The notes beneath the pieces were generated by a model. The model had not been told where the DNA came from and did no database searches. It was given only the letters and a program-made list of their open reading frames with translations. Positions 54,475 through 64,000 of a DNA stretch of 64,000 bases are shown here, in pieces. Numbering within the stretch: position 1 is the stretch's first letter; every line of letters starts with the position of its first letter. The position numbers were made by a program, and so were the translations under genes. Origin of the DNA: Octopus vulgaris (Eukaryota); contig OX597817.1 of the NCBI GenBank assembly GCA_951406725.2, positions 68,510,001-68,574,000 on the forward strand. The letters are read 5' to 3'.

Positions 54475-54996
54475 ATTATTATTATTATTATTGTTATTAT
54501 TATTACTAATGCTATTACTAGCGCATTTTTCTTTTAAAGGAAAAAGATAATATATTTGTATTTTAGATAAAAACATCTAACCGATTCGTTTCTATCGCGA
54601 TAAAATTCATTTCGTAATAACTTCGGAGTAAGATTCTAGCCGTGCACACACACACACAGACACACACACACACACACACATACACACACAAACACACACA
54701 CAAACACACACACGCACACAGTCATATACACATACACGAACGTGGCTACTAATAAAAACATACTAACAATAAAATGTAATACATGAACTCGCCAAGATGT
54801 TAAGTAACAAAAAAAATGAAGAGGTGAGGAGAGGGCGGTGTTTACACAAAACAAATTTATCGAATTATTTGTTGGTGATTTGTAGAGAAAGACTTATCGC
54901 AGTTCGTTCTGTAGGTTATATACCGAGATACATACATTAGATAATGCACTGTGTGTATGTGTGTGTGAGCGTGTGTCTATTATGTTATGAACGTGA

Positions 54997-55047
<51 letters not shown>

Positions 55048-55130
55048 CATGCACATATACATATGTGTGTGTATGTGTATATATGTGTACCTATATATAA
55101 TGTATATATGTGTAAATGTATGTACTTACG

Positions 55131-55183
<53 letters not shown>

Positions 55184-55674
55184 ATATATATACATTATAC
55201 ATATATATATGTATATGTATATATATATATATGTATATGTATATATATATATGTATGTATGTATGTATGTCTGTATGTATGTATGTATGTATGTATGTAT
55301 GTATGTATGTATATATTCTCTCGTACACTACTATCAAGAATATCGCAATTTGTGAGAGATGGCCACACATTTTACATTAGGTAAAAAGATCGATGAAGTA
55401 AAACCCAAAAGGTGGTTATTACCGAGCCATGAGTGAGTTACAAACACATACACACACACATACACACACATATACACACACACACACACATACAGAAGCA
55501 CAGGCACACACGCATACACTCGCGTAGACATACACGTATATGAGAGAGAGCATACACACACCTACACACATACACACACATACATGAGAGCGAGCAAAGA
55601 CAAAGATGAATATTTGCAATTACAAATAACACGAATCTTCAACATATATCATACGATCTGGTAATGCACAAAAG

Positions 55675-55785
55675 CTACCCACCAATCACCCCACCACTAT
55701 TACCACCGCCACCGCCGCCACCGCCACCACCGCCACCGCCGCCACCGCCACCGCCGCCACTATTACCACAACCAGCACCGCCACT
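55675..55785. repeat. (CCG/CCA)n trinucleotide repeat
   Basis: Direct inspection. Confidence 0.9.
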
Positions 55786-56074
55786 TCTTATCAAAACTAA
55801 TATATCTGCTCGTAACAGAGAAGTTTCTCAGAGACAAAGCTCAACGTTAGTCGCTAAAAACAATGCATTCAAAAGCACTTACCCGTTCACCTAAAATAAG
55901 TATTAAAGTGGATGTCGGGTGCTGTGTATATCAAAGAAATGACGTTGCTGATGGTATTTGAAAGGTTTTAGGCTTTTCTCTTGCGTCTTGGGTTAGGCCA
56001 GAATATCAGGAATACAACACGAGAGAGAATACTACTGTTCCATACAGTGATGTATGGTACTTGATAACTTGGGA

Positions 56075-56490
56075 GTCTTTTATCTTTTATCTTCTATATT
56101 TAACGTGTTTCATCCATTGGGCCGCAGCCATGCTGGGGAGCCGCTTTGAAATGTTTAGTAGAGACAAATCGATCCCGGTTCTTAATTTAAAGTCTGGTAC
56201 TTATTCTGTCTGTCTCATTTTTCCGAACCGTTGTTACATAGACGTAATTAAACCAACACAAGTTATCAAGCGGCGGGTGTGAGACAAACACAAAGATACA
56301 CGTGTACACAGTCACACGCACGCACACATCAAGGCTTTACACTCAGCTTCTAACGACCAAATCTAATTCCAAATCATTGGTCGGCCCGAAGCAATAGTAA
56401 AATACATTTGCGCAAGGTGCCGCGCCGTGGGAATGAACCTGAAACTACGTTGTTACAAAATGACCTTCTCAATCACACAACTGTGTTTGC
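56075..56490 (-). mobile_element. SINE family A, diverged
   Basis: Reverse-complement tail and head motifs. Confidence 0.75.
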
Positions 56491-57092
56491 GGTTATGTTA
56501 CATGCCTACACCTATGTGATTGTCAAAGTTGGTACACACTACTTCTATTCAGAATATAAATAATCAAATCTCAGTTGTTTAAAGATGCTTCGCAAGATGA
56601 TGATGGGTTTTGAACCCAGTTCCGAGTTTTTAATAAGTCGATAATACAAACAACCTCCCGCATGTCTGTGCATGAGGCAGTCGTTTTCCATCCAGTATTC
56701 TCAATCAGTTACGTGTTTGTCAATTTTCTTCCCGTGACTGTTAACAGCCTTCAAGTTCTCCCGAACAGCCCGACACCGCGTAACTCATGATTTTTCTATC
56801 TTCTTCCTTCTGTTAGTGTCCAGTTGAAATCTGCTTTGCATGCCAATTATCTGGCTGCCGTAGTACATGTCAAGCCAATCGCATACTTTCTTCCATTACT
56901 AAATCTTGGACTATTTACAATGATACACTTATTCAGACTTTTCCTCTTCGTATATGATCATAGTACAACATTCTCAGGATTTCCCTAAAGTACATCTGGA
57001 GAGAGGCGTCTGACGTTTTGGCGATTTCGCAGTTTCCTTTTTTTTTCATATAAGAACTATCTTAAACGCTGCGCTCCATGCGGACTTTTATA

Positions 57093-57737
57093 CTAGATCC
57101 TGTGAAGGGCTAACTGGACCCGCGGCCCAAAACTAGAGGGAGCAATAATACTAAAGCATTTATTGGTACGCTAAATCCTGAACATCCCTAAGTGACTGAA
57201 AGTGGATTTCAATAGATAAGAACTCTGTGGACTGTCAAAGCCGTTAACAATACTGGTCGACCATATTTGTTACTATGTTAGTGTGACTTGTATTTTTTTA
57301 ATATCGTACCTACGTTCGGGTAGTACAGAATGTGTTCTGTGTGAACATGATAATTCTGCAATAGTTTATTTTAGATAACCACACCCAAATATTTATTTGG
57401 GTAGCACTATTTTACACCCGACGTGTACACACGCACGTCATAACACCTACCAATCTGGTATTACTTTAAATTCAGTTTAAATAAAAAATTTATAAGTTCA
57501 CAAATTTTTGGAGTTCTTTTAAAATTAAAATTTTCAACTATTAGTAAATAACAAATCCTTATCCAAGCCTGATCCCAATGCTGGATGTTCAAGAACCAAA
57601 TGAAGAGCAGATTTTCAATTCCGGGATCATCCTGATTCCAAAATGGTCTATTATGTCTATGTAAGCAAATAATGTAGACTGAGATACAGGGGTCCCGGAC
57701 GGACGGACAGACAGAATTTCGTGTTTATTATTATAGA
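57093..57737 (-). mobile_element. Helitron-like non-autonomous insertion
   Basis: Minus strand starts TCTATAATAATAAAC..(CTGT/CCGT)n at 57737; candidate CTAG|T at 57093-57096. The 3' hairpin is unclear. Confidence 0.4.
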
Positions 57738-57739
57738 GG

Positions 57740-57965
57740 TTCCAAGCAATGCATGAAGCCACTTAATGTAAGAGACTATGAAGAAGGAAACATTAAGACG
57801 AAAAGAATGAATTTACTTTAGACTTGAAAGAATTCAGGTCATAAGGAGAAGGAAAACGAAATGGAAGAGAATTCCAAAGTCTGGTTGTTCGAGGAAAAAG
57901 CTACGACCATAGAAAGACTTTTCCATTCGTGGAAGAACAACACCATTTGGATGAAAACGCTGTGA
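57740..57965 (-). mobile_element. CR1/L2-group LINE extreme 3' end
   Basis: Minus translation SFFPRTTRLWNSL...YDLNSFK matches the conserved C-terminal motif of CR1/Crack/Daphne/L2-type ORF2. Confidence 0.65.
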
Positions 57966-60598
57966 GTTTGTGCCTATATGGCACTATATGCAAGTATTTT
58001 GCCATTACTCGCTGAAATACTGCCAATATACCCGAATCAGTTGACGTTTCCAAGAGCTTGTTCTTCTACCTTCAAAGTAATATTCCCTGGTCTTTTGCGG
58101 TTCTTCATAGAGTTTGTCTTCTCTGAGTGGATTCTTATTCTGACTTTCTTCACTGCTTCTCCCAGATTTTGAGTACACTCTTGTAGACTGTCTCCAGATT
58201 CAACCAACAATTCAATATCATTTGTAAAGTCTAGATTAGTTAACTATTTCTGATAATTCAATTGGAAGCCGTAGTCATTGCTATTGTCAATCTTCATAAT
58301 CAAATTCACTGTAAATTTAAAAGGAAATGGTGACGGGATGCAATCCTAGTGAAACTTTAGTGATGAAATCAAAGTATGTAGTATTATAATTTTCTGACTT
58401 CATGCAGCAATTCATTTTAAGATGAATGTTTCCAAAGATATCGATGTAGCATCCATGATCCATTAGATTGATGCGATGCTCCGTAGAAACTATCTATAAA
58501 TGCAATCGAATGCTTTTTGAAGTCGATAACATTTATTGACGATGATCATTGGAACCCCGGACACTGTTCCACTATATCCCACATTGCGAAGAGTTGTTAT
58601 AAACATGACACACTTGTCGGAACTTGCTTATTCTTCTCGTAGTGGTGTATCAATGAAATGAAAACGACCTCATCAGAGACTGAAAACGTTATAATTCTGC
58701 AACAGTTCTCATAATCGTTTGTATTTCCTTTCTTTGATAATTTACTTTCACACCTTACCGCTACTCTTCTGGGACATGCTGTAATTAACGGCTGCTGTTC
58801 ATCAGTTTGGTCAATGATATTTTAATACTTTCACTTTCGTGCTACTGCACATCATCTGGTATCTGATGTAGAGTAGTGTCTCTGTTGTCTTCCAGTTTTG
58901 GTCGATCCTTTCTAACGTTTCTCGTTTCTATAACCGATTGTTGTTGATGTTGCTTATCAGCGAAGTTGAACACTGCAGTTGGATAAAATTGAATTTGTAT
59001 CTCCCAGAGGTGTTCCACTCAACAGGTATTCAATTCTTTAGCTGTCAAGGCTACTTCACATTATTGGCGTTTACAGACTCATCTAGTGCGTCTCTTGAAC
59101 TGACCGCTTCTCCAACAATTTTGTATGGTATCACTGTTTCCTTTTAGTGAATTTTTCTTCTCCGCTTCACCTTTAAACTCAAACCAGACCTGTTTCTCAG
59201 CTCTGCATCTTGTCTTTAATTTCTGATCAAACAGTTGATACTATTCCAAACCACACATTCAATCAACAAACGTGTTGAAACGGTTTTGACTGCAGGTATT
59301 TTCGATTAAGTGAATAAGAAACACTCACAAAAGTAAACCCTCTTGTATTACTTCATGTCTATGAACCCAGCAAACCTCCTATGTGGTCACTTGGACTGGG
59401 ATAAATAACAACTAGAATTCACGCAAAATCTTAACTTATTGTCTTGAAAATAGGATTATCACATTAGATAATGTAGTCCTGATTACCCACCGAAAGCACG
59501 AGAAAGTCGAGATTGGAATGCCTTTGGTTGTAGTTGACCTGATTAAAAACAATTAGAACGTCATATATTTCGGTTCAATAATGACACTAATTGTTTATAA
59601 ATCGATGTTTTTTGCTATATTTCACTACAAAAATGAATTTATGATGTATGTCACTGAAACACATGTGTTTATATTTGCTTGTATGAACTTTGTGTTATTT
59701 ATCCCCAGGTCAGGTCTGACTGAGCAGACATTTTATTAAAGATATTTAATTTGAACCATTCAATCTTTTTTCCAGACAGTCTAAAATCATATTACCCACC
59801 GCACCTAGGGTAGAGTATGTACTAAATTGAGCAAAGATAACAAAGATATAGTAGCTGTTTTCCTTTCTTTTCTTCACTACCATCAAATTAAGTTAGAAAT
59901 CAGTTAATGGCAGTTGACATTGGTGAGAACTGAACTCACGATGTAGATAAGCACAGTCAAACACTGTAAGGTATTCAGTCCGAGGTTGTACCCTTTACAG
60001 TAAGAAGGGTATATTGACAGAATTGTAAAAGCGTCAAGCAAAATATGTGACATTCAGTTACCTTTTACGTTCTGCATTTAATTCTCACCGTGGTCAAATT
60101 TTCTTTTCCTCCTTCGAGAACCAATAAAGTTAAGTACCACTTAAACACTAGGATTAATTTCATTGACTATATCCCCACTCCCTAAAATGAGTGACCTCGG
60201 GCCAGTGTTAGAAATCAATACTGACTCAAGACCATAAAGTTTGGAGATTAAACCGACACAAGCATTCGATGACTTGGAAGGATGAAAGCAAAGTTATTTG
60301 AACTCAAAACGTAAGGTCCCGCAAGACATTCAGTCTGGCGCTATCGTTTTATTATTGGACCAAAGTTTTCATAGGTAAAAAGGCCTAAAATTTGACTAGA
60401 AGGGATTAACCGATTATATCAACACATTTCTTGACTAATACTTTATTTTACCAATCCCGGAAGGATGAAAGGCAAAGTTAACCGCCAGTCTATAGCTATA
60501 TACAAATAGTGTAAAATCCATTTACTGGTATGCCACGACGATGCTGGGATATGATGAAATTCAATTATAAATTAGAGGTAGCGCTAGCTTTGTAAACA

Positions 60599-60916
60599 TT
60601 ATCGACCGCACATATTCAATGTATATGATTTGCTTGTTTGCCGGTACGCAACAAATGGTTCTTACGCTATTTTTGTATAGTCATAGACTGGCGATTCAGT
60701 TCGCTCCCGGTTAGATTCGGGTACGTGATGTTAATAAGCCACAAAAGTGGCGAAATATCGATAACCATCACCCCATAATGGGATTGGGGCGAATTGTTTC
60801 GCCTGTCTATGACTTTCGGGTGTTTTAACACCCTGTGGTTTTGGGGGAGTCGTCTACACCGCGCGCTAACACAGCTAACAAGCAAAATGCACACATTGAA
60901 TATGTGCTGTCGATAA
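60599..60916. mobile_element. MITE-like element with ~40-bp TIRs
   Basis: ttatcgaccgcacatattcaatgtatatgatttgcttgtt / aacaagcaaaatgcacacattgaatatgtgctgtcgataa. Confidence 0.7.
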
Positions 60917-61919
60917 ACACACACACAGACACACACACACACACACACACGTGATATGTGCTCAATCAGAACGTAGACAGCAGTGACAGCTAGTTGGAAA
61001 GCAATTTCGTTTGGGTTAACTTCACAGCTGGCGAAGTGATAGAATCATTAAGGTATTTGTCCCCGGTTTTCTGCGCTCTGAGTTTAAATACCGATGGGGC
61101 CAACTTAACTTTTAATTTTTAATCGATACATAGAAGGCGGTAGATGAATGAAATTGTCGAGCGAGATTCTTAGGGATATCTGATCCGGTTTGTTTGCGTT
61201 CTGAGCTCCAGTTTTGCTTATAGATTTAAATCCCCCCAGTAGCCATATCACTTCCTTCACTTCACACACTGACAGTGTGAGCCAAAGCGGTTTGCCGCTG
61301 ATTTCAGTACAGGTATCTCTCGCAGCAAAAGACAGGCCTTTCATCAAGGATACGGGGAAAATGAAGAACTACGGGTATCGAACGCGTGATTCTTTATCCC
61401 AACTAAAATCAAACTCACTAGTAAATGGCCTCAGATTTTTCAGAAGTCTTGGAAACATTCTCAACAGCAGCGAAATACGAAATACCGAAAATGACGACGA
61501 CAACGACCACGGCAATTTGACAGGTATTTCATCTGATCGAACTAGGAATGATGAAAGTAAAAGGGATGTTAAATAAATACGGCATGGCATTTAATCCGGC
61601 ACTTTACCATTTTCTGCTAGTCCGCTGTCGTTTCCAATAAACGCAATAATAAATCCTCTCTCTCTCTTTCTCTCTTCCTCTCAATATTACAATTCTTCAA
61701 TCACAATTCAAGAAATACATTTATTCAATTCAAGCGTTATCTTAATAATGTACTTACTTTTGACTATATATTTTAGATAAAATATTTTCAGTCTAATGGA
61801 TTGAATTTCTGTGAGATTATTCAATGTGTATTCAAACAAGACAGACGCATTTTCCCCCCTGCAAACACTCTTCTCCACCATTTTGTTTTTATTATATACA
61901 TACATACATACATGCATGC

Positions 61920-62010
<91 letters not shown>

Positions 62011-63639
62011 TGCATGCGTATATGTATGTGTGTATGTATGTATGTATGCATGCGTATATGTATGTATGTTATCAGAGCGCATTTTCTTTTTACATTTTTA
62101 TCTCTTACGTTTCTGTTTACATTGTGTTATTTTACTGCTCAATAATTATTTATATTTGTTACCATTTATTACAAGTTGATTTAATCAGTTACCATTGTGA
62201 GTCAAGATCTACACGTCTCCTTGTTACCTATCACAATCCATCGCAGATGACGAATAAGTTATTCAGCCAATTTTGTAGAAAATGTCTGTGTGATAATGTA
62301 ATTGTTATTGTTATTTAGACACTATTTAACTTCGATCAAACAGACCTCTGATCAAAGTAGTTTTGTTCCTGACAATCCTGCCTTTTATTCTGACAGAATA
62401 TCTAAAACTACGGCATTATACAATGTATCCTTCATTTTTGGTAAGACAGCATAGCAGTGCTTCCAATTTGTGTATCTAATTTGTGTGAGATCAGATTATT
62501 TTATCTCTGATTGTTCTTTTTCACATTTGAAGTTTAAAATTAAACATTGATTATATATTTTTGACTGCGTGGGCTAACTGTTGAACTAGAACCTGGATAC
62601 ACTACATTTAATGGTTGTACGATGTTTAATGTAAAAAAAAAATTATGATTTTTGAGAAGTTTCTCTAATTCTAGTGTGTATATATATATATATGTGTGTG
62701 TATATATGTGTGTGTGATATTTGTGCATATACAAATGTGTGTGTGTGTGTTATCAGAGCGCATTTTCTTTTTGCATTTATATCTCTTACGTGTAACCATA
62801 CCTTTTAAAATGATTGGAAAAAATTACCGAACGGATGAGATTTAAAGCATTTTTAGCTGCTATTTTAGCAAAGTGCATTACTATGCTGACTTGGATGCTC
62901 TGATAATGGTTCATGTTTAACCCTAAATCCCGATTGGGCAGATGGACCCAAGGTTAAAAGCATTCCAGTCATGATCATCTTGTCTTTTTTCTTCTTCTTC
63001 TTTAGATATCTAAGACTGCATTATCCAATTAGCGTTTTCTTTAAAACATTTGCGATAATTTGAGGAAGATTTAACTGCTATTTCTAGCAGACTGAGTGAC
63101 CACATTGAGGAAGATTCAGCAGCTGTTTCTAACACGCTGAATGACAGTTCTGAGGTTGAGTATTAATTTTCACAAATATATTCATCACTTCTCAAGCATC
63201 ACTCTTCCTCTTCGAAAGATCACACATTGAGTGGTATACACCGTTTGTGCTACGCTACGCCTGAAAACAAGAGGGTATGATGGCAGTTAGAATGTCTTTG
63301 ATCTGCTCGAATGCCAGCTCGATCAGTGTCCTAGGATTCAAAAACAACGTATGTTTCCACAAATGATGTTGATTAACCTTCTGAAATCGATGGGCGGTGG
63401 TGTGTGAAACATTTAAAATTTAATGGGTTGCCACATTAACCCCTTGACGCCGATATGTATTACTCGAAGCATGCGAGACACTGCTCCAGTTTTCGTATCT
63501 AATGAGGTCACACAAACAGACAAGTGCCAACGAGCTCGCGTCTATTTACGTTCACCGTTACAATAACATAGCGTCGTACATTTACGTCTACCGGTTTATG
63601 AAAACGAACTATGTGAAGCTATTTATCATAATACTAATA

Positions 63640-64000
63640 CTAGCAGTATCGCCCGGCGTTGCTCGGGTTTGTTTCGACCCTTTAGAATTGGAATTTTTGC
63701 AAAGTAAAAATTTTGAATTATGTAGCTTGTTATTCTCTTTAAGTTAACCTTTTCCTGGTTGAAATACACCAAAAAATAGCGACACAGCAGTCAAAAAATC
63801 ATAGGAAAAAAGCACCTTTTTGATGTAAATAACTTTTGGTCTTAACATGGTTCGATTTGAATCTTATCTGCAACGGAATGAAGAGCAAGCCTTCTTCTAT
63901 CATACTCTCAATTTTGGTCAATTTGCGCCTCAGGGTCCCGGTGGAGATAGTGTTAGTTGAAGGCTACCAAACCTGCCACACACAGACAACTTCAGCTTTA
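63640..64000 (-). mobile_element. Non-autonomous Helitron, running off the window edge
   Basis: Minus strand ends with the hairpin cccgagcaacgccggg, then cgatactg-CTAG|T, the canonical Helitron 3' end. Confidence 0.7.

Larger units (their letters stand above)
56650..58780 (-). mobile_element. Old RTE-clade LINE, interrupted by two insertions
   Basis: Minus-strand remnants IDTPLREE, IDFKKAFD-like, LTNLDFTNDIELL (YADD region) and HVLRQPD. Its C-terminus is homologous to 5310-5670. Confidence 0.65.

Noticed and set aside
55664-55894. Poly-proline ORF
   Set aside because: Explained by the CCG/CCA repeat; no domain or splice support.
61105-61590. Overlapping ORFs of 73-120 aa as a possible exon
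   Set aside because: No recognisable host domain. The minus frame (ANKPDQISLRI) faintly resembles the KAxGPDxI motif of a decayed LINE, too weak to call.

Overview
Gene-poor, AT-rich eukaryotic DNA, most likely an intergenic or intronic region of an octopus (coleoid cephalopod) genome. That assignment rests on my recognising the two dominant tRNA-derived SINE families and the very dense (AT)n/(AC)n/(AAT)n microsatellites; no database search was run. I can support no host gene, and almost all listed ORFs are microsatellite translations. Recognisable mobile-element remnants: SINEs, R4/Dong-type RLE LINE ends, two Tx1-type LINEs, RTE and CR1-group fragments, a full-length but disabled IR/DR-type Tc1 (DD34E), Helitron-like ends, a small MITE family and a Penelope-like RT-linker/GIY-YIG fragment. 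The most interesting signal is a set of non-coding fold-back elements sitting in (AT)n tracts. They carry type I hammerhead ribozyme motifs (CUGANGA...GAAA...NUH) of the Penelope pseudo-LTR kind. Four copies have an intact core, two of them in opposite polarities within one ~400-nt near-perfect hairpin (11810-12210). Several others are degenerate or have a variant core (U3-A8). Boundaries were read by eye and are approximate; no ribozyme activity is shown.
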